Source: Raillietiella orientalis
Taxonomy: Eukaryota
Direction: 5' to 3'
DNA: 64,000 nt
NCBI GenBank assembly: GCA_036172245.1
Contig: JAYWIR010000048.1
Span: forward strand, 868,001-932,000
Shown one piece after another: positions 36,690 through 50,332 of this stretch (the stretch's first letter is position 1; every line of letters starts with the position of its first letter). Position numbers and translations under genes: made by a program. The notes beneath the pieces are model-generated. The model saw nothing but the letters and a program-made list of their open reading frames with translations. It ran no database searches and had not been told where the DNA came from.

Positions 36690-38350
36690 GAACTTCGAGG
36701 TCTCCCTGAGAGATGAACTGCGCCCTTGAACAGCCCCTTGCGACCTATGGTGTCGTGTTCAGGGTGCTACGATTCCACGCAGGGGACACTGTCGCTCCGT
36801 CGCACTTGACGACGGAGAGACGGTTTGGGTTCTGCCCCATCTTTGTTCCAGGGTCGGCCGCGCGGTGTCTCTGCAACTCCTCGCTGCTCGGGATGGAATT
36901 CCAAGCGGATTTCCTTCACCTCCTCGGGTCATCGCAGCTCCCATATCTCGCAGGAAAAGTAGGAGGAAACTCGTGAGTTCATCCTGGATGCACGGCAAGC
37001 GATCCCACATCCAGTATGAATTCCACCCGCCCACCCCGGATGGGTTCGCTTCCGTGTGCTTTTCGCAGAATTGAGACTGCGCTTGTCCAGGAGATGGATC
37101 CAGGGGCGCTCCGAAAGCCTCGCGAGTTCACCGACGAAGGCTGTCGACGAAGCTCTTTGACGGGAACCATCGACTCAGAGACCAAGGAAAGAGTCCGATT
37201 CCCCCTCCCGCAACCCGTCCGCTGCTACTGGCGCTTGAGACTGGCTGGGGCGAGCATTAAGGGAAGGACGGTCACAATCCTTGGAGCCATCCGAGTGCTG
37301 CGGCGGCTCACGTGAAGCGATTCGACGGAAGGAGTTCCAGTAGGATCCACCAAACCGCCATGTCGGTTCCATCCGAGCTCCGGGCTTCGCTCAGAAATCC
37401 CCTCCGCCCCCTGCGAAATCGTTGCAGGGAGGAGAGACGACTCTCCTCACTGCAACGCTGCTCTTCCTGAGGAGGGCGCCTGGCGGCAGCCAAAGACCGC
37501 GGCGGGAAGCTTCCTGAGAGGTCACGGTCAGAAAGAAGTTCATGAATGGATGGACTAAGGAACAGCTGGCGGATGCGTCTCTCCGCTTGGACTAGAGCGC
37601 TGGAGCTCGCACCTCGGTATTCTTAGCGAAAATTTGGAGTGGCCCTTAGTGCTCAAGAACAGCAGCACCCTCTCCTTGAAGTGGAAGGGGTCAGCACGGC
37701 TGCTGTCTCACTGGAGCCTTCCCCGCAACACGCGCCGACACCAGTGGACTCTGGATAGGGTGAGACCAGATTGTCACAAATGTGAGGAACGAGAATCCCT
37801 CCTGCTTGTAGACTGCTTTACCCTCCGGCTCCTATGGGAACGTTTGGGGACGACCTTCCGGATCCCGGTTGGCACCCCCAGGGACGTTTTACTGCTCTTC
37901 TTTGTGTGAGATGCCCTGCAGCCAGCCGCTACCCCAGCAGCGCTTCGCTGCATCCGCGGGATTGCGGCGGCCTGGAGCCAAGCCGGCAGAGGAAGGAACG
38001 AGAGGAACGCCGTCCAGTCCGCAATTCGCTTTCTGCGGATAGCGGTAGGATGGATCCACCCTAGATCTATGCGCACCTAGCCGGCATCCTGGAAAGGATG
38101 CAGAACCCCTCCAGCAAACGGTGATCCCTTCCCGTCTTTCCAAATGTTTTTATTTATTTTTTATTTTTTTATTCTTATTTTTGTTTTCTCCCACCCCCTC
38201 TGCTGCCGAGGTGAGCTCCGCCGGTCTGCGTACCGGTGACCCGGCAGGTACATTGACGAATTGGGTGTGACGGCGCTATTCGCCCCACTATGAAGGCTGT
38301 AAAGTACATTTCAATTAATAAAACGGCCCATTGTGACCGAGTGGCGACCT
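36690..38350 (+). mobile_element. Tx1-like LINE family A, 5'-truncated
   Basis: Homologous to 26700-28480. Contains LKWKGSARLLSHWSLP...CHKCEERE..DCFTLRLLWERL, a 3' UTR and aataaaacggcccattgtgaccg. Confidence 0.7.
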
Positions 38351-39094
38351 TCCCTGGAAAACTTTGTGTGTGCGATCTCCAAAGGAAAAATCCCTGACTT
38401 TATTGTTAATGACGCTCAATGCGGCAGAAATTTGCATCAGTTGGCCGTATCATCCCGAACGAATTTTCCCTCAGCTTTCCTTCCATTCCGTCTGGGCATG
38501 AGATGCTGGGAACTCTGGGAATTTAAAAAAAAAAAGGAAGAAAGGAAGGAAGGAAGCGTTTTTTTTTTTTGGGGGGGGGGGGGGGGGAAGGGGAGTACCC
38601 CTTTTATTGTGGTCCTGCGCTTTCTCTAAATGGATCCTCTTTCCCTGACTAGCTCCTTGTCCTTTCTCCTCCTTAATGATTAGACATTAATCCCATTCCT
38701 TGATAGCGCGTCCCTTTTGATATGAACCTGATCTGAATGCGCTTTCTATGATCGTGCATTATCCTAAAAAAAAAAAATCAGCCCTGCTTTCGTTGCCATG
38801 GGTATTCTGTCGCACTCATTGAGGAGCGGTCCCTGGATGCGGAATTTAGGGACGCGCCCCGTGGGACCCGCCCTGCCCCAGCCGGTTTCGAGATGGGCGG
38901 CGTTCGGCTGCTCTGATGACGCGAGGACCGTGTTCCCGGCACGGCGGCTGGGGGGTTCCCCAGGAGGATAGAAGCGGCTCCAGGAAGCCCCGCCCTTCGG
39001 GGTTGCCCCTCCCCTCCGGGACAGAGAAGTTCGGCTTCCTTCAGTTCCATTGCACCTTGCCGAGAGAAGAGGAGACCGGCATCCGGCAGTATCG

Positions 39095-39365
39095 CCAGAC
39101 ACAATCCGTATGGGGGACCACCCTACGAATCCTAAATCTCTGCAGGAGTCCATTCCTCTCACGCTTCGCAGGGAATCCCGAAGGGAACTTCCTCATTCTC
39201 TCCGGAGGGACTCCTTGGAAAGGATCCGCTCCTTGTTTCCTCCTCTGAAGAGAACCCTGAAGGGAGCAGTGTGCTCCCTTGCACGCTGGAGAGGCATCAG
39301 CAAGTAGCTCTATGATGCGGGATGGTGCTACAGCCGGAGCAAAACCACCAAGGGCTCCTTGATCC
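39095..39365 (-). mobile_element. SINE internal fragment
   Basis: Reverse complement matches the SINE body (tgatgcctctccagcgtgcaaggg...ccctccggagagaatgaggaagttcccttcgggattccc...gggtggtcccc). Confidence 0.65.
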
Positions 39366-39389
39366 CAGGAAGGAGTCCGGAGCGACAAC

Positions 39390-39760
39390 TACCAATTCCG
39401 TCCAGTCGACAGGAACATCCGGCTTCTACCAGTGCCGCGCCGGGACGGCGGCCTAGGCCTCCTGAAGCTGGAGCGAATGGAGCTTCAGCTCCAGTTTCGA
39501 ACCCTTGCCGTCGTTGCAAATCTCTGGAGCACCACCTGGTGCCAACATGCGCATCGGGAATTTTCTTCGTCTTCCCTGGTCCTTAAAAGAGATCGCCTTT
39601 GGGTTTCTGCTCAGCTGTTCAGTGACCAGACTTCTCTCAGTCGCCTGCAGGCGATGCACGACAAGGGCGCTGCGACTTTGTGCGCGTTGCTCCTCCAAAA
39701 GTGGGCGCTGTTTTTCGCGAAGCATCTTCAAACTACGGGCGAAAGGTGGGAAAAGGTGGC
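39390..39760 (+). mobile_element. Tx1-like family A ORF2 thumb fragment
   Basis: PRRDGGLGLLKLERMELQLQFR carries the GGLG thumb motif and matches LGLLAPEGMERQLQFR at 26380-26470. Confidence 0.6.
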
Positions 39761-39779
39761 GCAAGCTGACAGCTTACAG

Positions 39780-40800
39780 TCGCCGGAACGACTCCAGAAT
39801 ATTGATGAGGTTTCCCGGACACCTCTCTCCGCAGAGGATCGGATGTTGGCCACGGTTCAAAACCCGACTATTGCCTACGTACTTGAAAGAACTGTCTGTG
39901 AAACCAGCGAGCAGGCGTACACCGCCTTTGCCTACCAAACCCCACACTTCGTTGGTGTTTGCATCTTCTGGACGGCACGTGTGAACCGTTTGAAATACAG
40001 CGACTTCCGGTTGCCGGCGGCGCAACGAAGTCACGACGGCCCTACTCAGTTCGGTGACATCTGTGCGGCGTTGAAAGCATAGAGAAAGAATGGACCAACG
40101 CTTCCGTAAGCAAAAAATCCGAGTGGAATTACAACTATCGAAGAAAAAAGACGTGAACTGTTTCCACGCGTCCTCATTTTCCGTATGGACGTCCTCAATG
40201 CGCTGTCCTTGAAGTCCGAAGCAAAAGAGGGTTTTCTGCGACGGGAATGCGGCTGCGATCCGCGGAGGAAAGGGAAGGTCGCGATCCCCGGAAAGCAGGC
40301 GGCACCACAGAGGACCTCGGTACCATAGTATCGGCCGCAGCGTCGCAGGGATGGCAAGTCTCCTCAGAACGGAAGCAAGGCGGCTCCCCGACGATCGGAG
40401 GATGAGAGGAGAGAGAACCCAGTCGACTCCCCGTCTGAAGAGGGTTTCTTCGACCCACGGACAGACGCTGCCCCGCAGGGATCCGAGGCCGTCATTTGCG
40501 CTCGACGTGTCGATGTTCAACGCGTCCTGCAATCCACACTGCAGCGCGGAGGCAGCTCCATCGATCCACGAGCCGAGTGATCCACCACCGCCCGGAGTGC
40601 GGTGGTGGATCACTGGATCCAGTGGCTGGATCCACTCGTTTCCTGCTTCACTATGGAGCGGACAAGTGAAGTTAGAGTTACGCCTTGCACCCCGATGACC
40701 AGTGCGTGACACCACATAAAGCGGACTCTGGTTGTTGAGGATGCCGGATGGTCCGAGAGCGGTCTTTTCGGAATAGCGGAAGCACTGTGTCCACGAGCGC
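39780..40800 (+). mobile_element. Decayed piggyBac transposase
   Basis: LQNIDEV, YQTPHFVGVCIFW (resembles KP.K.G+.+W), KRVFCDG (resembles V+.DN) and ALDVSMFNAS (resembles +D+++.NA), in order. Confidence 0.45.
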
Positions 40801-41199
40801 AAGAGGCGCTATCATTATCGAGTACGAAGGTGAAGTCTTCTGTTCTTCATTCGGGCTGGAATTCTGCCGGCTATGACCGCAGGGACCTTGCGTTTGAACT
40901 CGGAAGGCACTCTCTTAGGGACTTTGTGACTTTGAGCCCTCTCTGTTTCCAGGTGAAGGTTGGTGAGCGTGCCAAGAGCACTCGGGTTTCGTTGCTTAGT
41001 GGATGCTGACCATGGCTGAAGCTTGACATATGGGGAAGTGAAGAACTCTTGAAGTTTCTGAAAATGCATGGATCCTTCAGACAGACTGCAAGCTTCTGAC
41101 TGGAGCGTTGTCTTCCATCTGCTGATTTAAAATCGGCTGGCAGTGATCTCGATGTTCTTCATTGCTAAATGGCTGCCTTCGTTTTTCAACCCTGAAAAA

Positions 41200-42450
41200 A
41201 ATAAAACAAAAAACAACTCATCGCTTCGTTGCCGGTCCGCTTCTCCTTCTCTCCCAGCGGAGGATACCCTCGTATGTACACTACAACGGATTTTCCCACG
41301 TGAACTTTGGTTGCTTTCGAAAATCAGTGCTGTTGCTGCAGTCAAAGAGAGATCTTCAAGCAGTTCAGGAACCGTGCATGACTACAAGCATCCCCTATTC
41401 CCTAGGGATTTCAAATAATGGAGTTCCAAACTATTGAAATTTTCCTCTTAGGGAGTTTCGACGGATTAGCGAAGAGCGGGAGATGAATCACAAATCCTCC
41501 AATTGCATTGAGGTACCCAAAAGGAAACTGAGTTTTGCGTCTTTTCTTCTCTTGAAATCCATCTTTTCTTCACCTTTTGAAAGGAAAAGAAAAGAAAGCT
41601 TCGTCGTAGCGTTATAGCTGCGAGTTCCCAGCGTGCAGGTGACCACGAAAGTGGGAAGGCATTTCCAGAGTTCCTCAACAAGAGCAAGTTGCTTTTGTGC
41701 AGCTTTCGATCTACCCGTCAAGATGAAGACGGAAGCAGAATCCGTGGATCAGCCAAATGAAGTTTTGATCAGTTGGTTGAAGTTTGCAGGAGCCACACGG
41801 TAAACTCTTCTCCGCTCGTTCTCGAGCATTCCTCGATCCGTCCCTCGTTCTAGCAAGGTCGACATTTTGCAGCAAACCCCAAGCAAACCTTCGCTGGCAC
41901 CGAAGCCAGCAGCTTCCAATTTGCGCCTTCCAGGGACTTCAAAGACCTTCGCAGGCCAGGCGGGGCCGGCAGCTCTTGATGTGCCCCGACACCAGATACA
42001 GGGACCTTTATTTCATCTTGCAGACTCGGATGGCAGTGACGTCATTACGTGTATTAATCCGAGTTTTTAAAATTTTCCCCCTGTGATGAAAATGAGATGT
42101 TTTCCTTTTGCATTAGCATCTTCCTTTCATCGATGGGGACTCGCTCCCTCGCTCGACAATCCGGAAAATGTAATTTCTCGGCAAATATGATTTGATTTTT
42201 CTCAATCTGTGCGACATCTTCTGGAGCATCTCGGCCTTTACTTGTACTCGCGGCATAAGGACCGCGAATATATCCGTTGTCCCGACTGCACATGACAGGA
42301 GTGTGCAAGGATATCGCAGGCAATTATTTTTCATCTTCGTTTCATGTGTGAGGATGGTGTGCAATTTCTGCAGCGTCCTCGAGATTAGCATAGCGTTCCG
42401 TCTTCCTTGCGACGGATCCCCACTCAGCAAAGAAATCTTCCGCTCCTTTC
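41200..42450 (-). mobile_element. Decayed piggyBac transposase
   Basis: RNAMLISRTLQKL (resembles M.R.RF), VPIDERKML (resembles +.+DE.M), LALVEELW..TLGTR and EGEADR (resembles GGVD.). Confidence 0.4.
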
Positions 42451-42959
42451 CAGCTCGGAGGGGGCTGCACTGGAAGCAGAGCTGCCTCTTCCATCAAATC
42501 GCTGACCTTCTTTTGGCATTCTTCGCTGCATTTTCACCACCAGGGCCGGGTGCTTATGACTTCCTCGGCCGCCGCGATTGAACGGAGTCTGCGGTTTCGA
42601 ACAAAATGAAGAGATGACTTTCCTTTTCACTTATTCAAATTTCAGCATGTCGGAGCGGTTCGGGGAGGATTTGCTGCGTAGTTCGCAGATTAGGACGGTA
42701 ATTTTTTTCTTTTTTCTTTTTTTTTCCTTGTATAAATCCTTCCGCCCTTCACGCTTATTAGCATGAAATTCACATCCACAGCTATTAATCTCAGCATCCA
42801 GTTCCTTTTCGAGAGGAGCGTCTCGGATAACAGCATCCTGGATTTTCTCGAAAGGCTCAGGAACCCCCCTCGCGCGAAAGCTTACAAAAATAATTCAGGA
42901 ACGCAGTCGCTGTTTTTTTCTCTTTTTTTTCCTCTTCGCCTCTGTTTTGACCCGACCCA

Positions 42960-44000
42960 TCCTAATTTCGAGAACTGCGTCGTGGTCCTGGAACCTGCGA
43001 GGGATGCGATAACACAGCGCACTGGGAGCATGCAAGATTACTGGATGCACGAAAACATGGATGCAAACGCTGGGCCTGGGAGGACGGGCGCCACCGGAAC
43101 GAGTGCTTAATAGCGATGCATGCGTCCTCCAGTATCACAGGATGCCAGATCTGCGAAGAGGGCGCTGCATCGAAGGCGCTTTACGAATGGCGGTGCGTTC
43201 ATAGGGAGTCCCTCGCTACCGACTTACCATCTTCCGTTCTTCGCGAGCCTTCCTCCTCCTGTAGAGCAGCAGCTCCTGTCTTTTTGGAAACTCTGGTCCC
43301 GAGCATCGCGTAGCAGACCGCTCGCTGCCCATCCCACCAACCGGGCAACTGCTGGATGCATTCGCTCCTCTGGAGAGAGTTTGCCCTTCGCGCAGTTTCC
43401 TACAGATGGGAATTCTGATTGTGCTCTCCATCACATTTCATGTCCCATACTTCTGAGGGAATCCGCTCATAGCGGGGATTTCTTCCGTATTTCCTTTCGT
43501 GGTAGCATAATAAGCGCACACTTAATAGGCTGGCCGTCGTTCCGTCTGTTTGTCAACTTTTATAACATCCATTATCCTGCGGTCTCCTTTCGTGCGAAAT
43601 ATCGAAAATCATTCGCGATTATTTGCCTCGGTAGGTCCACGAGATGAACTCCGCTCGCCCTTTCGGTCCAGGGGCGGAGAAAACCTTTTCCTACGGAAGA
43701 AGGCTTTCTTCTCTTGTGGACGCAGTCGCTCCAGAATATTAGGCGAATGAGCATCTTCGCGCTCGCCCACGCACCGCAGACAAAGGAAATTTCGCCGTGT
43801 ACCGTACATCTCAAGGGCGCAGCAGTTGCACTCTACGGAATATTTCCCTTCGGTCCATCCATTTCACACCAAGGAATCTCTTTCCAGGAAGGATGGTTTC
43901 GACGGAGATTTCATAGTACCTGGCGGAAGACTTCCCTTCAACCCTCTGACTGATTCAGTGGGCAAAAAACCCACCGAATTCGGGAATCTCAGCTTACAGT
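42960..44000 (+). mobile_element. hAT (Charlie/ZBED5-like) transposase relic
   Basis: EWRCVHRESLATDLPSSVL (resembles HC..HRE.LA...+P..L) and, later, TQSLQNIRRMSIF (resembles N.SLQG...+F). Confidence 0.5.
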
Positions 44001-45899
44001 GTCTCCACTTTTCAGTTGATTTCTGAGGAATTTATTTTCCTTCTTGGCTATTCATGCTAGGAGTGCTCGTTTTCTGTTCTTCCCAGACAAGCGACACGGC
44101 ACCTTTTTTTTTTTTTTTTTTTCCATTTTGTTTTCCTCCTTTCTGGAACTTTCCCAGATCAATCCCCGTTCTTAGTTTCCATCATTTGTTGATAGAATTG
44201 CCGGCCGCTGGTCAGTGAAACCTTTTCCTGCTGGGTTCCTCGGCTGCTATGAATTCACGCCGCCACTGTCCGTGCTATTTCTTTTTGTTTACATATCTGC
44301 CTGGGAATTGGAATTTTCGGTTCCTCCTTTCTCGGTCGAGTTTCTTCTGTGCAGATTCCTTCTTCGGAGAACGGTCTTGTACTTCCTCGATGGACGTCTG
44401 CATGAACCTGGAGTCACTTCCACTTTGAGCCCCTTCCCACCTGCTTCGGTTTCTTCGTGCTTCATGGAAACATAGACAAACGAGGCTTCTGTGCGAGGCT
44501 GCAGAGAACAGAAAAGCACAGGTCGGTGAAGGGATTCACACAGGTTTCCCTCCTTCCCATTTCGTTCTGCTTTCGGGCATTTTGACCATGGAGACCGAAC
44601 AACGGTCACCTCCGCATGCTTTTGCATTCCTTTTAATTTGATCTCCCCCGTTCCGAAGTTTCTTCAGAAAAGAAAAAAAAAAAGGCTGTCGCCGGATCCC
44701 GAATCCCCAACTTGAATCCTTCCTTTTGAAAACTCTTCAGTTTTTGCGGAGCAACTGAAGTGACCTGATGTCATTTTGACCGATCGCAGCCTTTCCGATG
44801 GAAATACAACTCAACCCCGTCCACAGATTCGTTTCAGAAATCGGAGAAAAATGCTTCTCTGCCATCGCCTCCGCTAACCGTCTCCCTGAGAACTGAGTTT
44901 TCCTCGGTCCTCAGTGAACCCTCGGCTTTGTGGTCAACCGATTTTCCAGGAAGAGGAACGGTCCAAATAAATGCAGCGCTTTGATTATTCAGTTCCATTC
45001 TGAGGCTGTTCTTGACGTTTCTCTGCGAAAGCTTTTACTAATAGGACGAGGACTCGTTTCGGAAAAAGGCAGTGTCAGATGATTCAGACAAAAGCTTCTC
45101 CCTCCCTCAATTAAGCGCAAGGAATAGAATGTGCCTACAGATGCTTCGGGGAATCTCCCGCTCCGCCATCTTGAAGTGAATCTCCGCCTTCCTCGCGAAA
45201 TCGCTGCTCGAAAAGCGGCCCTGGACGGGGTGCAGTTGCGGCAGTTCCGTGACCCAAGTGAGACGTCTTGTCTGCTTTCCGGATCACTCGGGCACCCGCA
45301 AGTTCGAGAACTGCCAAGGTGTGACCACCCGCTCGAAGGCCACTCCGTTTGGCGCGCCATCTCCCCTAGTCCTGCTTCCGGTTCCTGGTGACTCTTGCGT
45401 GAATGGAGTCTTGGATCCTCACCCGCACACGTGAACCTACCGAAGACCTATCGAAGGAAGGAAACGCGTCTTCCAGTTCTGGAGCGCTTGTCCTCCTTCG
45501 CAACGATTTCCCAGTTTTCCAGCACCTCAAGCTGCAACGGAATGAGGACGCAGCAGCATTTAGAGATGGATGACGGACGAGAGACAAGAGAGTCCGTTGC
45601 CTACGATACTACCTAAAAAGCAGTGCTCAGCAGCCTCACTCGCGCTGAAACACAGCTGACTATTTTTCTGTTCCTCAAGTTTCTCCAAGAGTTCTTTGTC
45701 GCTTTCGGTCACGAGGCTGCTTTTCTGAGACGTCAGAAAACTATTGCTGTTAACTTCTTGGACAGGAGTTGCCTAGTACAAAGTTTCAGAAACAGAAACT
45801 CTTGCATTTTCTCTCTTCTCAGGAAAACGTTGCAGTGCTCATAATCTTCTCTCCATACTTTTCGTCCTTCTGGTACAAGAGTTGCTGTATTCTTTCCAT

Positions 45900-47100
45900 A
45901 CTTCTGCCCGAGTGATTAGATGAAAGAAATCCCCGCGCGCAGACTGCGAGTAAAATAAGCTGATAGAACCTACGAAGCAATTACTCCATCTGCCTGCGGA
46001 GCATTCGTTTAGAGGGCAATTCTGTGTCTGTACGTTCACAATCCATTTCATGCCCCTCAGTGATTTCCAAGGATCCATCCCGTGACCGCTCTTTCGCGAC
46101 TTCTCGTTTCTGAATGATCGCCATGAAGGTTATAATCCCTTCGTGGATGTTTGTACAGTCAACCAAAGTTCTCGGAATTTTCATCTCCTGAAAGCATGAA
46201 CAGCTGCAGGAGCGATGACTGATCGACTCTTCGGTCTTCAAGTCGCGCCCGATGCATGCCCGAGCAGTCGAGCCCTGAGAGTCCCCGGGCAGCGCAGAAA
46301 CTGCGTGAGTGGGATGTAGAATCGGCTGCACCACCTCCAGTGTCTGATGACCCACGCCGTACGTGTACAGGAACTCGGAAGCGAGCACATCCGCAAGCAC
46401 TTTCTCCATCTACTGTATAGGTAGTCTTCTAACAAATTTTCCTCCTGCAATTCGCTCTTCAATCCATCCGGGATCCCGTGGCATTCATATGGTACTCTCT
46501 CGGAACCTGTCCACTCTTTCCGCAGGCGGGAAATTATTCCCAGTATTTTTTTTTTGTTTTTTTTTTTGGCTGAACCGCAGCTAAGCCGAGGATTGTCGGA
46601 TTCAACTCGATTCAGAGGTTTCAACTCAATATTAATAATATCTACCGAAAGCTACCCACCTGTTGCATTTCGTTGATTATCCTTTTCGTTGCCAGTTAAC
46701 TGCATCTTTTGAGTGAAGTACCAATCTGTCGCCACTTCAAGTGAGGCCTTCGCGTGGTCCCAAATAGGCAGCAGAAGGGATGGAGCATGCTGGATTTCGT
46801 AGTTGGTCATTCCTTTCGAGTGGAAGCGGCTTAAGTATTCTCCGTGGTCACCTGGTTGCATGGGCAGTCAGGGGCGAATCGAGAGTTGCTTCTTTCGTAT
46901 GCTGCAAGAAGAAATGCCAAGCACAGCGGGAGGTACATTCCACAGCATCCTACTCAGCATAGGCTTCTGAGCCGTTGGATTTGCATAACCAAAGCAGGCA
47001 TGGCTGTTAGTGCCTGCGGGCTCGTCCGTGGGGACGAGCCCACTCGATTTCAGACCCTACTGATTCGAGCTCCTGTGTCGGGAATCAGTGCTCATGCGTG
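45900..47100 (-). mobile_element. Decayed piggyBac transposase
   Basis: VPTDE, QKPMLSRMLW, EVATDWYFT (resembles V..DNWFT), CHGIPDGLK (resembles NR.G+P..LK) and KIPRTLVDCTNIHEG (resembles P..+.DYN..MGG), in order. Confidence 0.55.
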
Positions 47101-47599
47101 CTTCACCTTTTTTGGTTCTTTCACGCCTGCAGACGTTCCAGTCATAGCAATGCTGTTCAGCATCGTCTCACATCTGAAATTCTGATGAGGCGAACGGTCA
47201 GGCGGGATGGAAAATGGAGCAGCACAGAAACCTGCATTGATAGGGAACAGAGTTCGGGCAACGTAATGAGAAATCTTCCACGGGATGGTGCAAAGATCTT
47301 GGTTGCCGTGTTGCACTCTTGCGTCTTCTTCTCCCCTCACTGAGGTGGATCTGCTTGGGGTCTTTCGTTTGGAACGGAAGCTCTTCACCCCAGCCCGAAA
47401 TTCAGCTGGATTTTCTTTGCATACAAGCGTGTGAGTGTTCCGGAAATTCAGGAAGCCACCTGATCGGAAGACATACGGCTATTTATCTGGAAACGATGAA
47501 ATTCCCTTCCCTCCTACATTTCAAAAAACAGTCCTAAACCAACACATCGTAGGCACGGAGAATGACGCGGAGAAGAACATGCACAGCCTGTTGGCAGAA

Positions 47600-48600
47600 T
47601 AGCTCAAGGGTCGCACTTTGCTGGAGTCAGTTTCCAATAGCAACAGGAAGAAACGTGCGTTCAGAAGAAGCATTCGGCATGATGCGAGCCATTTGAATGA
47701 GCAGCAAAATTCAAGGGGCAGCGTGATGATGACCAGCTGTCAGCTGCAGCGCTTGAGAGGATGACAATCTGGTACATCAGCATTTGCACATCGCGTCTTC
47801 GTAGGAAGACCGAATGTTGACCCCAGGAACAATATTGCTCTTGGGGCATTTTCCTCATGACGAAGCAATAGCTTCACCCACTTTAAAGCGTGTGATCTCT
47901 AAAAGCAAACGGCGCGGAACATCTGTAAGCATGGCTTGGTACAGAGGCAAATTAAAATGACTTTGGATTTCCAAGCTGCTTTTTAATATAGCACGAGTGC
48001 CTCCTTATCCCTTTGAAGCAACGGGACAGCCAGGCAAACTTCATGCTGCACCTCCATAAGTGCTTAACCTCTTCAAACAGAACATCTTTTTCTTTTTCCG
48101 TCTGTGAACAAACTTGGCATAAATCAACAGGGAGAATTTTCAAATGTAAAGGATGCTGTTGTAAGAGGCTTAATGGATTCCCTCATCATTTCTTCTCCCT
48201 CAAATGTTGGGAAACTTCGCGCGTGGATTGATGCCATCCATTACCCTAACCCGGATATGTGGCGAAATCCGACTGCAGCTCCCGACGAGAATCTCGGCGA
48301 AGCAAAAGCAAAGCAGGGATGCTCGAACAGCAGTCTTACGCCGCCGAGCCGAAGAGGAGGAGATTAGTCCCAAGTCGCTGCTGGCGGACGCGAGAGCCGT
48401 AGTCCATCACGGTGGAAATGGAAACTTTGGGGATTCGGATTCGCTGCGTGAGGTCCAAATAAGAGGCTGTAAGTCCGAAGAGCTGCTCTTCGAAATTGCT
48501 CGCTTTCCTGTGGGACCCCCAATGAATGCACGTGCGTTCGGAGCCTCGGTGTATTTCCACTACCTCATTTCCTCCAAGCACCGCATCTTCGGAATAGCAA
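47600..48600 (-). mobile_element. Decayed piggyBac transposase (N-terminal half)
   Basis: KILPVDL (resembles K+RP++D), CSMKFAW..CFKGIRRHSCYIKK (resembles S+DE...FKGR....Y+..KP). Confidence 0.5.
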
Positions 48601-48799
48601 AATCTCTGATCAGCTTGGAAACACACACATACACACACATGGCTGTGACGAAATCCCTGTTGAAACGTGAATAAATATCACGTCAGGATCTACTCTACTC
48701 CTTGTGCAGTATCGATTCTTTCTGTAACGGTATCCACTCTATCTGCAGCATTCCGTATAGTATCCACCCCTTCTGTAGAGTTCTGTGAGAATAGAAACC

Positions 48800-50050
48800 A
48801 AGTCATTCCAGTGGTGCTGAATTTCGGAGCCCTGACTGTGCACAGGCGACCACAAAAGGTGGATGCTGAATGGGATTGGGAAGACGAACGGCAGAGCCAT
48901 TCGGACGGTTATCGAGCAGTAGGAGGCATCGAGGCACTTCCGCGGGCAAAGTGGATGATTGGGCATGCGCGCCTGGAGGCATCCACCCGCACTGTGTGGG
49001 AGGCAAAACGGTCAGCGGCTTCCGTGCTTTCCCTAGTAAGGAAAACGGTTCCTGTTTCCTGGCGGGCAAAGGGCGGTGCTAAATTATGACCTGGTCTCCC
49101 GGTATTGATTTTTTGTCGAGTCTTCGAATCTTTCATGAATGTCGATCGCTTCACTGATTGGGGTGCAATCATTGGCTGCCACTTTCAGGATTTCATCAAA
49201 CTCTTGAAAGTTTTTTTTTTTCCTTTTTGCAAACTTCTTTCACCGTGAACCCACCTTCTTCGGAGGTCGCCTTTCTTCCGGCCGGGTGACGTCAGTACTC
49301 GTTGACTGCGCTGTCGCGGAGATCGCTGCCGACCAGACTGGAAATCAGGAGAACGGGACGTGAAAGATTGCCAAGGGGACCCCCTTGGCAATCACCTGCT
49401 CTCCTTAGGGTAACCAGCAGCGCTCTTTCGCCTATTGAGAATCCGACCACCTGTCACCTCGCTCTGCGGTGAGAATCTTCCCGGAGGGAATTCAGCCTTT
49501 CTCGCGACTGGTGGGACGTCGGCAGCGCCTTCCTTTCGCAATGAGAACAGCAGTGATGAGACGAGGATCAAGCTTCCCTTCACTGGAGCCCAATTCGCCT
49601 CAAGCTCGTAGCGTGCAATTCTCAGGTCCCCGATGCTTCCCGAGGCAGCGGCGTTTCGCAGAAGAACCCGTCTGGACGACCTTCTCGCTGAGGTCCCTGA
49701 GACGTCCGATGGTACTTTCCGCACGCGCTGTGCTTGCAGCCGATCGTGTAGATCTTTGAATGTCTGCAACTGTCCTCTCGAGCCCTGGGCTTCCACGGCT
49801 GCCGTTCTTGGTTTGCTACTGTTGAGTTGCTGCAGAGCATTTCATCCGTGGATTCCTCCGCTGATGGATTGTCATCTCAGTGAAGCCTCCCGCAAAGTAA
49901 GAACGAAAGCAAAACTGGTCCTTGACACACCCTGGAGTCGCCGTCTTGAGAGGCTTTCTCAGCTTGTCGAATGCTGTGGCATGGCAAAGAAGATGTTCTT
50001 CTTTGGACCAAGTTTTTCCCGTGAATAGGCTCTGGATATTTCCATTAATC
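48800..50050 (-). mobile_element. Bel-Pao LTR retrotransposon gag/protease relic
   Basis: EHLLCHATAFDKL...VKDQFCFRS (Pao Cys-His array), CKHSACGKYHRT, FSPQSEVT (resembles GSQ.S+IT) and TQCGWMPPG (resembles T.+GW++.G). Confidence 0.4.
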
Positions 50051-50332
50051 TCGCGATTCGTGCTTGCCATTTAATTAATCATTCGAAATCAAGTCATTTC
50101 TCTTTCCTCTACAATAAGTCATTGGAAGATGATTGAATGATTGGCGAGATGGCTTTTGCAGCTCTGCAAAGCCCCGATGTTACCCCTTCTTTAGATTTGT
50201 GATCTGAAACAGCGAGGAGAGAAATTCATTAATGAGGACTGTTCTCAGTGGCAGAAGTAAATCAAGGAGCAGAGAATTCCCTCGGTTAGTAAACCAAACT
50301 GTGCCCTTAACAGCGCCTACTCCTCTACAAAT

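Noticed and set aside
39774..40802. Longest ORF in the track (342 aa, minus strand)
   Set aside because: It has no recognisable domain and lies antisense to piggyBac-like motifs on the plus strand, so it is likely a shadow ORF.
44200..45600. Possible pogo/Tc1 remnants
   Set aside because: Only isolated, ambiguous peptide similarities; left unassigned.
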